From Flavobacteriales bacterium (GTDB lineage Bacteria > Bacteroidota > Bacteroidia > Palsa-965): a DNA stretch of 64,000 nt. The stretch covers positions 350 to 64,349 of the forward strand of contig NSIF01000001.1 in NCBI GenBank assembly GCA_002737665.1, written 5' to 3'. The stretch's first letter is position 1; each line of letters starts with the position of its first letter. The notes beneath the pieces are model-generated. The model was not told the DNA's origin. It made no database searches and saw nothing but the letters and a program-made list of their open reading frames with translations. The position numbers were made by a program, and so were the translations under genes. Below are positions 10,968-19,830 of the stretch, in pieces.

Positions 10968-11797
10968 ACTTGAAATCTAAAACTGAGGGCAAATCTGAAC
11001 TTCCTATTGAAGAAAAGCTTCGCGCCATTTACGAATTGCAACAAATCCATTCTGAAATTGATAGAATACGTACTGTCCGTGGAGAACTTCCACTAGAAGT
11101 GCGTGATCTTGAAGACGAAGTTGCAGGACTTGATACCCGTGCAAATAATTTGCATGAAGAAATCAAACGTCTAGAAGATGCAATTGCTGATAAAAAGAAC
11201 GTGATTAAAGATGCTGGCATTGCAATCAAAAAGTACGAAGCACAGCAAGGTAAAGTTCGTAATAATCGCGAGTTTGATTCCTTAAGCAAAGAAATTGAAT
11301 TTCAAAATTTAGAAATTGCAATATCTGAAAAGCGAATCAAGGAATACAAAGTTCAAATTGTACTTAAAAAAGAAATAATTGATGGTTCTCAGTCTGCTTT
11401 GGATGACAGAAAAAATGACCTCAAATTAAAAAAGGAAGAATTAGAAGACATCGTTTCTGAAACAAGAAAAGAAGAGGAAGAATTGCAGGCACGTTCAAAA
11501 GTTGCTGAAGTAAAAGTAGAAGGTCGTTTATTACACGCATACTCAAGGGTTCGTCAAAATTTCCGTAATGGTCTTGCTGTTGTTCCAGTTGAACGCGATG
11601 CTTGTGGCGGTTGTTTTAATAAAATCCCACCTCAGCGTCATTTAGATATTCGCACACACAAGAAAATTATTGTTTGTGAGCATTGTGGTCGTATTCTTGT
11701 TGATGCTGATTTTCTTTTAGGAAATGTAAAGCCTGAAGTTCCTGTAGTAGCAGCTAAAAAAACGGCAAGAAAAAAAGCAGCAACTGCTAAAAAATAA
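10964..11797 (+). CDS. COG1579-type coiled-coil protein with a C4 zinc ribbon. It is the conserved partner of Nif3.
   Basis: Long coiled-coil segment, then CGGCFNKIPPQ...CEHCGRIL. A 4-nt overlap with the nif3 stop indicates translational coupling. Confidence 0.75.
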   Translation: MNLKSKTEGKSELPIEEKLRAIYELQQIHSEIDRIRTVRGELPLEVRDLEDEVAGLDTRANNLHEEIKRLEDAIADKKNVIKDAGIAIKKYEAQQGKVRNNREFDSLSKEIEFQNLEIAISEKRIKEYKVQIVLKKEIIDGSQSALDDRKNDLKLKKEELEDIVSETRKEEEELQARSKVAEVKVEGRLLHAYSRVRQNFRNGLAVVPVERDACGGCFNKIPPQRHLDIRTHKKIIVCEHCGRILVDADFLLGNVKPEVPVVAAKKTARKKAATAKK

Positions 11798-11814
11798 AAT
11801 AGTTTTTTAGAATA

Positions 11815-11852
11815 GCAAAAAAAGTCTCGCAAAGAACGCGAGACTTTTTTTT
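11815..11852. terminator. Bidirectional rho-independent terminator between convergent genes.
   Basis: A-tract, then AGTCTCGC aaagaa GCGAGACT hairpin, then T8-tract. Confidence 0.65.
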
Positions 11853-11856
11853 GTAC

Positions 11857-13305
11857 TTAAAATCTATAACCACACGTTACTACTACATTCACAACTTTTG
11901 AAGTGTTATTTACAGGATTGACTAAACTCTGATCGTAGAAATAGTAATTGCTTTTTTCTCTTGAGGTAATAATTCCAAGATCAATAAAAAGTAAATCTTT
12001 TGGTACACGATAGCCAAGCCCTCCAGTTAAATACAGTTTGCTGGAATTATTATTTACTCCTTCTGTGTATGGGCTTCCGTAATATGCAAAACCTGCTCTT
12101 AAAATAATCGGAAATACTCGAACCTCTGCTCCAACTCGAATAGTAGATGCTGTTTTGTATTTACTTTTTATATTCGCATTGGCTACTGAGAAGGCATAGC
12201 TCGATGATTTTAAACGAGCATCGGCATAATCTACCAGTTCATAGTCAGCCGATATTAATCCTAGTTTTCCAATTACAACACCAACGCTACCAAGCATTCG
12301 CATGGGAGTTCTAATGGAATAATTAAAACTTCCATCTTGTGCAATACTTTCTCTAGTTATTCCTCCAATTACCGATTGCATTTGAGCGCCATACGTGTCA
12401 GAAAGTTTTAGTAAGGTTGGTGTGTGAAATGCAAAGCCAATACGCAACATATCTATGGGTCTATATATAAATCCTATTTTTAAATTAAAACCTTTGCCTG
12501 TAGTTGTAAGGAATTGATCAAACTTAAAGTATTCAAAATTTGAAACGGTGTCATTTATTTCAGTTTCTGAGTAGGCGTTTACTTCTTCATATTTTACTTG
12601 CTGAATTCCCAAGGAAGCACCAACATAAAATTTGTTGGAGTAGTTTCCACCTATTCCAATTAGCCACTCTCCTAATCCTCCACGTATGTTGGAGTTTTTT
12701 TCTTGTGCCAAAAAATCTCCATCAGGAATTGTATCGGTATAATGTGATGAGTCGCCCGAAATTTGATTTAGTAAATAAGTATTCCATGCCAATCCTTCAT
12801 TGTAGCCATCAAGTGTGCTCGGTCCATTTCCTCCTGCCGTTTTTGCCCACGAATCCATCATTGATGTATAAGAGTTCCCTTTCATCGTTAGGTTGGTTTG
12901 GAATGAACCGTAGCGGTTGTAAATAATTCCAATTCCTGTTGTTTGCCAACCTTCTGCCAAAGTATTTTCTGTTTTGCCAGCAAGAACAATTCCGCAGTTA
13001 TCAACGCGCATATTAAATCGTGAATCGCTTGAACTCGTTTCATTGTAAACTGAGTTTACCTTCTGGTTGTAAAATGATGGCGTAAAACAAAATTCATTTT
13101 TACGATAAAATCCAAGCCCTGCTGGATTTGTTCCGATTGCTGACATATCAGCACCGAGTGCTCCAAACGCACCAGCCATTGCTGAATATCGAGCTGTGCC
13201 GCCAAAGCCAATTCTAGAATACCTTAATGCGTCTACTTCATTTTGTGCTACACAAGCACCATAAATTGCCAACACGGATAATCCGGTTAGAAAATAACGT
13301 CTCAT
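11857..13305 (-). CDS. Outer-membrane beta-barrel of the FadL/OmpP1/TodX-like superfamily (PorV/PorQ-like).
   Basis: Signal peptide. N-terminus IGFGGTARYSAMAGAFGALGADMSAIGTNPAGLGF resembles the FadL-family N-terminal hatch signature. C-terminal aromatic residues ...TCGYRF. Confidence 0.55.
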   Translation of the reverse strand: MRRYFLTGLSVLAIYGACVAQNEVDALRYSRIGFGGTARYSAMAGAFGALGADMSAIGTNPAGLGFYRKNEFCFTPSFYNQKVNSVYNETSSSDSRFNMRVDNCGIVLAGKTENTLAEGWQTTGIGIIYNRYGSFQTNLTMKGNSYTSMMDSWAKTAGGNGPSTLDGYNEGLAWNTYLLNQISGDSSHYTDTIPDGDFLAQEKNSNIRGGLGEWLIGIGGNYSNKFYVGASLGIQQVKYEEVNAYSETEINDTVSNFEYFKFDQFLTTTGKGFNLKIGFIYRPIDMLRIGFAFHTPTLLKLSDTYGAQMQSVIGGITRESIAQDGSFNYSIRTPMRMLGSVGVVIGKLGLISADYELVDYADARLKSSSYAFSVANANIKSKYKTASTIRVGAEVRVFPIILRAGFAYYGSPYTEGVNNNSSKLYLTGGLGYRVPKDLLFIDLGIITSREKSNYYFYDQSLVNPVNNTSKVVNVVVTCGYRF

Positions 13306-13319
13306 AATTATTAAATTAA

Positions 13320-14495
13320 TTATCGTGGTCGACTTGAAGTTCTACCACTATTTGAATTTCCTTGTGAAGGATTTGCTCTCACTGGAGTAGAAAATTCGGT
13401 ATTATTACCTCTAGAAGTCGAATTATTTATAGGATTTCTACTTGGACTGCTTGTGTTGGATGAAGGAGAATTTAAATTCATATTACTGGATGGCTTTTGT
13501 GTTGCGTCAATTGCAGTACCTTCATTATTAAATATTGGAGCAGGAGGTGTAATACGAGTATGGTCTAAATTAGTGTTGTTAGGTTGGTACTTTTCTGCGT
13601 CAATAGAAGGATAGTTCACACTTGGTTTGTCGAAATTATTTTTGACAGGAGGAATACCTACAATTTGGTTTATTTCTGCTCGCGTTGGATTTATAAGATT
13701 ATTTTCTTGAGCAATTTCGCTTGCAAATCGTTCTCCAAATGTTGGCCCGCCTGAACCCGATACGCGTCCATCTGAAGAGCTAGGGGTATTTCTTGGTCCA
13801 TAGTAATTACTGTTGTTGTCGAAACTATTGTAGTAGTAATTATTGTACCCATTATTCCCGTATCCGTTGTTATTGTATGGGTTATTACCAAAACTATTGT
13901 AACCGTATCCGTAATTTGAATTATTACCCCATGTATTCCAAGGATCGTAATAATTGCCCCAACTATTTCCCCATCCATTGTTATATCCTGTTCCCCAACT
14001 CCAACCATTATTCCAATTCCAATAAGAGCTTGGGCAATAGTTGTAGGCATAATAGGACGGGCCCCAGAATTGGTAACCATTGTAAATACTGCTACCGTAA
14101 TTATAAGGATTCTGGTTATAGAAGTAGGAGTTTGTGTAGTAATTGTCGTAGTAGCCGTAATTTTTTACGGGGTGATTAAATCGGCGAAGACGGGCAGCAT
14201 ACTCATCATCGTAATAATCATCATAGTTAAAATCTTCTTTATAATATTCGGATCCCTTATTTGCCCTCGCCGCTGCCGTTTCTTTTTCTAATATTAGTTG
14301 ATTTGCCTGCGCTTCCTCTTGTTTTTGCCTTGCAGCCAATCGAATTTGATCTGCTTTTTTATCTTTCTTTGCATCTTTTAGTGAATAATAGACATCATCT
14401 GAATTTTGCTGAGAGTTTACCTGTTTCATGCTAGTGCATGACGTAAAACCAAGTAAAAATGTGGCACCTAAACAAATAATTGGAAAGCATTTCAT
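13320..14495 (-). CDS. Lipoprotein with an extreme Y/N/G/W-rich low-complexity core and an S/T/N/P-rich tail.
   Basis: Lipobox ...LLGFTSC. Residues ~100-240 are almost exclusively Y, N, G, W, S (e.g. NYGYGYNSFGNNPYNNNGYGNNGYNNYYYNSF). A 14-bp gap to the upstream beta-barrel gene suggests one operon. Confidence 0.6.
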   Translation of the reverse strand: MKCFPIICLGATFLLGFTSCTSMKQVNSQQNSDDVYYSLKDAKKDKKADQIRLAARQKQEEAQANQLILEKETAAARANKGSEYYKEDFNYDDYYDDEYAARLRRFNHPVKNYGYYDNYYTNSYFYNQNPYNYGSSIYNGYQFWGPSYYAYNYCPSSYWNWNNGWSWGTGYNNGWGNSWGNYYDPWNTWGNNSNYGYGYNSFGNNPYNNNGYGNNGYNNYYYNSFDNNSNYYGPRNTPSSSDGRVSGSGGPTFGERFASEIAQENNLINPTRAEINQIVGIPPVKNNFDKPSVNYPSIDAEKYQPNNTNLDHTRITPPAPIFNNEGTAIDATQKPSSNMNLNSPSSNTSSPSRNPINNSTSRGNNTEFSTPVRANPSQGNSNSGRTSSRPR

Positions 14496-14626
14496 GGTTT
14501 AAGTTTTAGAATTTAATATTTCATTTCTGCAATTTTAATTAAAGGAGCTATTTGTGCTATTTTTGCAGGAATAATAAAAGTAAAAATACAATAATCATTC
14601 CAATTTATACTTATTATTAATTTTTT

Positions 14627-16102
14627 ATGGCCAAAGAACTTACCAAGCGCTCCACCGACTATTCCAAATGGTATAATGAACTTGTTGCAAATGCTGATTT
14701 AGCTGAACATTCTGCAGTAAAAGGTTGCATGGTCATTAAACCATACGGCTATGCAATTTGGGAAAATATGCAGGCAGTACTTGATAAAATGTTCAAGGAA
14801 ACAGGTCATGTGAATGCTTATTTTCCTTTATTCGTTCCTAAAAGTTTGTTTGAGGCAGAAGAAAAAAACGCAGCTGGTTTTGCGAAGGAGTGTGCTATTG
14901 TTACGCACTATCGCTTAAAGGCAAATCCAGATAAGCCAGGTTCGTTGATGGTTGATCCTGATTCTAAATTGGAAGAGGAGTTGATTGTTCGTCCAACTAG
15001 TGAAGCAATTATTTGGAAAACATACAAGGGCTGGATTCAGTCCTATCGTGACCTTCCATTGTTGATTAATCAATGGGCGAATGTGGTTCGTTGGGAAATG
15101 CGAACGCGTCTTTTTTTACGAACGACAGAATTTCTTTGGCAAGAGGGACACACAGCGCACGCTACACGTGAAGAGGCAATAGAAGAAACAGAAAAAATGT
15201 TAGGTGTGTATGCTGATTTTTCAGAAAATTTTCTTGCCATTCCTGTCTTACGCGGCATTAAATCGGCGAATGAACGCTTTGCCGGTGCCGAAGAAACTTA
15301 TTGTATTGAGGCCTTGATGCAAGATGGAAAAGCATTGCAGGCCGGAACATCGCATTTTCTTGGACAGAATTTTGCGAAAGCATTTGATGTTAAATTTTCA
15401 AATAAAGAAGGAAAGTTGGATTACGTTTGGGCTTCTTCCTGGGGTGTTTCAACACGATTGATGGGAGCACTTATTATGGCACATAGCGATGACCATGGTT
15501 TGATTATTCCTCCAAAAATGGCTCCGATTCAAGTTGTGATCGTTCCAATTTATAAAACGGATGAAGAACATGCAAAAATTGTAGAACATGTTTCCGTTTT
15601 GAAAAAAGAGTTAGAAGCACAAAATATCCGTGTTAAATTTGATGATCGTGACACACAGCGACCTGGATTTAAATTTGCGGAACACGAATTGCGTGGTGTG
15701 CCTGTTCGTTTGGGAATAGGACCAAAAGATTTAGAAAGTGGAAAAATTGAATTGGCTCGTCGTGATACTTTGACAAAGGAAAGTGTGGAACGAACTAATG
15801 TTGTAGCAATTGTTGTTGCATTGATGGTGGAAATTCAGACTTCAATGTTTAATTTAGCACTTCAACGAAGAGCGGAATCGACAAGCGTTGTCAATACTTG
15901 GGAAGAGTTTGAGGCAGCATTGGAGAAAGGAGGATTTATTTATGCGCATTGGGACGGAACACCTGAATCAGAACAGAAAATAAAAGAAAAGACGAAAGCT
16001 ACCATTCGTTGTATTCCAATTGATAATATAAAGGAAAATGGTAAGTGCATTCTTACTGGCAATGATTCTAAACAGCGAGTTGTATTTGCAAGGGCTTATT
16101 AG
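14627..16102 (+). CDS. proS: Proline--tRNA ligase (archaeal/eukaryote-like class II, as found in Bacteroidota).
   Basis: N-terminus [20 protein letters not shown]...[19 protein letters not shown]. 491 aa. Confidence 0.9.
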   Translation: MAKELTKRSTDYSKWYNELVANADLAEHSAVKGCMVIKPYGYAIWENMQAVLDKMFKETGHVNAYFPLFVPKSLFEAEEKNAAGFAKECAIVTHYRLKANPDKPGSLMVDPDSKLEEELIVRPTSEAIIWKTYKGWIQSYRDLPLLINQWANVVRWEMRTRLFLRTTEFLWQEGHTAHATREEAIEETEKMLGVYADFSENFLAIPVLRGIKSANERFAGAEETYCIEALMQDGKALQAGTSHFLGQNFAKAFDVKFSNKEGKLDYVWASSWGVSTRLMGALIMAHSDDHGLIIPPKMAPIQVVIVPIYKTDEEHAKIVEHVSVLKKELEAQNIRVKFDDRDTQRPGFKFAEHELRGVPVRLGIGPKDLESGKIELARRDTLTKESVERTNVVAIVVALMVEIQTSMFNLALQRRAESTSVVNTWEEFEAALEKGGFIYAHWDGTPESEQKIKEKTKATIRCIPIDNIKENGKCILTGNDSKQRVVFARAY

Positions 16103-16135
16103 TAATTTTAGTTTCGAAATAGTACAAAAAATAGG

Positions 16136-16828
16136 ATGATGGAAAATAAAACTAACGAAATTATTTTAGAATTACTGAAAGAAAAATCCTCCTTGAAGCA
16201 GGATGTTTTTTACAGTACACTTTCGGTTTTCAAGGAGTTGAAGGATGTGGTGAAAGAAGTTGTCAATGATTTAAAACCGAAGGTTGCTGCTATCGATAAA
16301 CGATTAATTATTAATTATAAAGATAAAACTGAATTTGAAATTGAATTGCAAGTTGCTGGCGATGTATTGATTTTTCAAATGCACACCAACGTTTTTGAAT
16401 TTGATATTTCGCATCAAATTTGGAAGACCTCTTATGTAAAAGAGCAACCAAGCAATTCATTTTGTGGTGTAATTAATATTTATAATTTTCTTGCCGATTC
16501 ATTTAAATATAATCGCAGTAACGATTTAGGTTACTTAGTTGCCAGAATTTTTCAGAATAGAGAGCATCATTATTTTGTGGAGGGTAAACGGCAGCTTGGG
16601 TTTTTGTACAACGATTTTTCAAATGCATTAATGAATCGGGCAGAATTGAAGAAAATTGTTGAGTCTGCTGTTGTTTATTGCCTCAGTTTCGATTTATTTA
16701 CGCCGCCTTTTGAGGAAGTGCGGGTGGTTAGTGTAGGGCAAACGGAGCAGCAAAACTTTTTAATGTCTGTAAAAACGGGCAAAAGGTTGGGTTTTAGATT
16801 TCAAACCGATACCGACGAATTGGATTAA
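16136..16828 (+). CDS. Hypothetical protein, 230 aa, with no recognisable motif.
   Basis: Clean ORF in a tight gene context, but no signal peptide or motif that I recognise. Confidence 0.45.
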   Translation: MMENKTNEIILELLKEKSSLKQDVFYSTLSVFKELKDVVKEVVNDLKPKVAAIDKRLIINYKDKTEFEIELQVAGDVLIFQMHTNVFEFDISHQIWKTSYVKEQPSNSFCGVINIYNFLADSFKYNRSNDLGYLVARIFQNREHHYFVEGKRQLGFLYNDFSNALMNRAELKKIVESAVVYCLSFDLFTPPFEEVRVVSVGQTEQQNFLMSVKTGKRLGFRFQTDTDELD

Positions 16829-16862
16829 ATAAAATTTATATTGTTTCTTTTTGCTTCATATG

Positions 16863-16892
16863 TTGCAAAATTGGAATTTCGGTATAAATTTG
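16863..16892 (+). promoter_or_regulatory. Bacteroidota sigma-A type promoter for the tRNA-Glu gene.
   Basis: TTG at 16863, a 19-bp spacer, then TAAATTTG at 16885-16892. The tRNA starts 19 nt downstream. Confidence 0.4.
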
Positions 16893-16910
16893 CACTCCCA
16901 AAATAGGCAT

Positions 16911-16983
16911 GGCCCGTTCGTCTAGGGGTTAGGACAGCAGATTTTCATTCTGTAAACACGAGTTCGATTCTCGTACGGGCTAC
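16911..16983 (+). tRNA. tRNA-Glu (anticodon UUC).
   Basis: Manual cloverleaf fold. Acceptor GGCCCGT/ACGGGCT, D-stem GTCT/GGAC, anticodon stem GCAGA/TCTGT with loop TTTTCAT (U33, TTC at 34-36, A37), T-arm ACGAG-TTCGATT-CTCGT, discriminator A. Confidence 0.85.
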
Positions 16984-16986
16984 ATA

Positions 16987-17022
16987 AAATCTCTGAACTT
17001 CAATAGTTTAGAGATTTTTTCT
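16987..17022 (+). terminator. Rho-independent terminator after the tRNA.
   Basis: AATCTCTGAAC ttcaata GTTTAGAGATT hairpin followed by a T-tract. Confidence 0.5.
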
Positions 17023-17068
17023 TTTTTTAGTACTTCAATGAATTATCATTCAAATTTTTAGATTTTCA

Positions 17069-17097
17069 TTTGCATTTCGTTTAAATTGTTACCTTTG
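17069..17097 (+). promoter_or_regulatory. Promoter of the rpsF-rpsR-rplI operon.
   Basis: TTTG at 17069-17072, then TACCTTTG at 17090-17097. This is followed by a ~45-nt leader containing a CCCGA-aagaa-TCGGG hairpin. Confidence 0.4.
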
Positions 17098-17145
17098 CCG
17101 TCCCCAAACCCGAAAGAATCGGGAGGGTAAATAAAAAACAAAACA

Positions 17146-17505
17146 ATGTATCATTACGAAACCGTCTTCATTTTAACTCCCGTTTTGTCTGAAGATCAGG
17201 CAAAGGAGGCGGTGGGCAAGTTCCGCAAGACCATAAAGGATCTTGATGCGAGCATCATTCACGAGGAATCTTGGGGCTTAAGAAAGCTAGCTTACCAGAT
17301 CCAAAAGAAGTCCACCGGCCATTATCACTTATTTGAGTTCACTGCTAATGATGGCAAAGCTATCGCAGAACTTGAAGTTACTTTCAAACGTGATGAACGT
17401 ATATTACGTTTCATGACCGTGGCTCTTGACAAACATGGTGTTGCTTATGCTGAAAGGCGTCGCACCAGGTTGAAAAACTTGAAAAAAGAAAAAGAATCAG
17501 TTTAA
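17146..17505 (+). CDS. rpsF: 30S ribosomal protein S6.
   Basis: [18 protein letters not shown]... is the S6 signature. 119 aa. Confidence 0.9.
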   Translation: MYHYETVFILTPVLSEDQAKEAVGKFRKTIKDLDASIIHEESWGLRKLAYQIQKKSTGHYHLFEFTANDGKAIAELEVTFKRDERILRFMTVALDKHGVAYAERRRTRLKNLKKEKESV

Positions 17506-17522
17506 CCTCAACATAAAAAAAA

Positions 17523-17792
17523 ATGGCAGAAAATAGCTCTGAAATCCGCTATCTCAACCCACCATCTGTTGAGATAAAAAAGAAAAAATATTGTCGCTTT
17601 AAAAAAGCCGGTATTAAGTACATTGACTACAAAGACGCAGCTTTCTTATTGAAGTTCGTTAACGAGCAAGGCAAGTTGTTGCCACGCCGTCTCACAGGAA
17701 CATCTGTAAAATACCAGCGCAAAGTTGGTAGTGCAGTTAAACGCGCTCGACACATTGCACTTATGCCATACGTGGCCGACCAACTTAAATAA
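17523..17792 (+). CDS. rpsR: 30S ribosomal protein S18.
   Basis: [19 protein letters not shown]...RRLTGTS is the S18 signature. Confidence 0.9.
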   Translation: MAENSSEIRYLNPPSVEIKKKKYCRFKKAGIKYIDYKDAAFLLKFVNEQGKLLPRRLTGTSVKYQRKVGSAVKRARHIALMPYVADQLK

Positions 17793-17804
17793 ACGCAGGA
17801 AAAC

Positions 17805-18254
17805 ATGGAAGTTATTCTTAAACAAGACGTAAAAAACCTCGGCTATAAAGACGACGTTGTAAATGTTCGCCCCGGCTTCGGTCGTAATTTTCTTATTCCT
17901 AAAGGAATGGCTATTACTGCTGATGTTACTGCGAAAAAAATTCACGCTGAGAACGTTAAACAACGTGCTCATAAAGAAATTAAAATAAAAGCAGAAGCTG
18001 AAAAAAATGCAGCTAAACTTTCTGGAATGATTGTAAAAGTTGGTGCGAAAACTGGTGATAATGGAAAAATTTTCGGATCAATTACTAGCGTTCAATTAAC
18101 AGATGCAATAAAAAAACTTGGATTCGAAATTGACCGTCGAAACATTACGATTGAAAACGAAGACACCGTGAAAACAATTGGAACCTATAAGGCGAAAGTT
18201 CGTTTACACAAAGAGGTTGTTGCTGCATTCGACTTTGAAGTAATTTCTGAGTAA
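17805..18254 (+). CDS. rplI: 50S ribosomal protein L9.
   Basis: MEVILKQDVKNLGYKDDVVNVRPGFGRNFLIPKGMA is the L9 N-domain. Confidence 0.9.
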   Translation: MEVILKQDVKNLGYKDDVVNVRPGFGRNFLIPKGMAITADVTAKKIHAENVKQRAHKEIKIKAEAEKNAAKLSGMIVKVGAKTGDNGKIFGSITSVQLTDAIKKLGFEIDRRNITIENEDTVKTIGTYKAKVRLHKEVVAAFDFEVISE

Positions 18255-18318
18255 GACTTCGATTCATCCGCGGACACTCAGTCTGACAAGTCAGAAAATC
18301 AGTTTATCAATTTAAAAA

Positions 18319-18346
18319 GCCTTCTGAGAAATCAGAGGGCTTTTTT
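18319..18346 (+). terminator. Rho-independent terminator of the S6 operon.
   Basis: GCCTTCTGA gaaa TCAGAGGGC hairpin plus a T6 tract. Confidence 0.7.
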
Positions 18347-18367
18347 GGTTTTGAATTATTGTAAATT

Positions 18368-19606
18368 TTATTCGTAACGTAACGCTTCAATCGGATCTAA
18401 GCGTGATGCTTTTATCGCTGGATAAATTCCTGCAATCAGACCAACCAAAAAACAAATGGTAAGTCCTAATCCAATCCATCCCCATGGCATTACAAATGCC
18501 GATTGCATGAAAAACGAAATAGCAAATCCAATGGCAAGAGCAAATAGTACTCCCAGCAGTCCGCCCAATTGACAGATTACAATTGCTTCAGTCAGAAATT
18601 GATTGCGGATGGACGATTTTGTAGCACCTAATGCTTTTCGAATACCAATTTCTCTGGTTCGTTCGGTAACAGAAACAAGCATGATATTCATGAGGCCAAT
18701 TGCGGCACCTAATAATGTGATGAACGCAATAATAGTTGCACCAATAGTTACATATTTTAGATTTTCAAATAGTGCTTTTGCGAAGCTGTCACTTTTTATA
18801 ATGTCAAAATTATCTGTCTCTTCGATTTTAACTTTACGTATAATTCTAAATAATCCAATTGCTTCACTAACTGTATTGTTCATTATGCGTGCATCTTTAG
18901 AAAGAACACTAATTGTAAAGGTCATATTTGGTTTTGCAAAATACTGCCTTACATTTTCTATGGGTAGCAATGTCGTTTTGTCGCCTCCAAAACCCATAGA
19001 GCTCCCTTTTGTTTTTAATGTTCCAATTACGATGTACTTGCCGGCTCCAACAGAAATTTGTTGGCCTATTGGGTTTTCTTTTTTAAATAAAGTAGTTGTA
19101 ATGTCGTGACCAAGTAACACGACATGTGCGCCACTACTAGCTTCTAGACGAGAAAAGTTTCTTCCTTTTTCAATTTCGAAACCTGAGGTAGCAAGGTAAT
19201 TCTGATCGACACCGTACACTTGAATATTAGGATTCGTTTTTTGTGATTTAAATTTTAATGTTGAGGCCATCGAAGCCATTGTAGAAACTGAAACTGTACC
19301 GGTTGAATTAAATTGCTCCGAGAAGTTCATTGCTTCATTAAAAGTAATCGCACGAAATTTTTGTGGTTTTTTTCCACCTTTGCCAATTCGAATTCTGAAT
19401 TCTTTATTGCGAATTGTAAAGGTATTGGCGCCCATACTTGTGAAATTATTGGATAGCGATCCTTTCAGGACATCTATAGCTGTTAATGTGCCTACTAATG
19501 CAGTAATTCCAAGCGCAATAATTAGCATGGTAAGAAAGGCACGAAGGGATTGTGCTTTTATAGATGAAATTGCAATGAGTAAATTTTCGCTAAACCGAGA
19601 ATTCAT
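18368..19606 (-). CDS. ABC transporter permease, FtsX/MacB-like.
   Basis: N-terminal TM helix, large periplasmic domain, and three C-terminal TM helices with a typical FtsX layout. 412 aa. No adjacent ATPase. Confidence 0.75.
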   Translation of the reverse strand: MNSRFSENLLIAISSIKAQSLRAFLTMLIIALGITALVGTLTAIDVLKGSLSNNFTSMGANTFTIRNKEFRIRIGKGGKKPQKFRAITFNEAMNFSEQFNSTGTVSVSTMASMASTLKFKSQKTNPNIQVYGVDQNYLATSGFEIEKGRNFSRLEASSGAHVVLLGHDITTTLFKKENPIGQQISVGAGKYIVIGTLKTKGSSMGFGGDKTTLLPIENVRQYFAKPNMTFTISVLSKDARIMNNTVSEAIGLFRIIRKVKIEETDNFDIIKSDSFAKALFENLKYVTIGATIIAFITLLGAAIGLMNIMLVSVTERTREIGIRKALGATKSSIRNQFLTEAIVICQLGGLLGVLFALAIGFAISFFMQSAFVMPWGWIGLGLTICFLVGLIAGIYPAIKASRLDPIEALRYE

Positions 19607-19830
19607 AGGGCTGTAAATTTACCTATTCGCTTTGATAAAAAGCTTTTGGGCTAAGCAAATTAGTTAAAATTGTTTTTGTAGGTCTTAATTAACGAAGAAA
19701 ACAAATGCTAGTCCGAATTGCAAAAACATATTCTCTGAAATTATCCAAAAGTATCTAATGAATTTGTAAATTTGTCTTGTGCCATAAGCATTGGGCACAT
19801 AAAAAAACTCAAAAATTAAAATTCATAGAA

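Noticed and set aside
12540-12926. A 128-aa plus-strand ORF opposite the outer-membrane barrel gene.
   Set aside because: It is antisense to a well-supported CDS with no independent signals.
13691-14291. ORFs 13691-14080, 13793-14179 and 14070-14291 overlapping the Y/N/G/W lipoprotein gene.
   Set aside because: They are frame or antisense artefacts of low-complexity DNA. The lipoprotein frame has the signal peptide and runs the full length.
19777-19830. 5' extension of the aconitase ORF ([18 protein letters not shown]).
   Set aside because: Aconitases begin at the conserved MVFDLEM-type N-terminus. The extension overlaps the promoter region.
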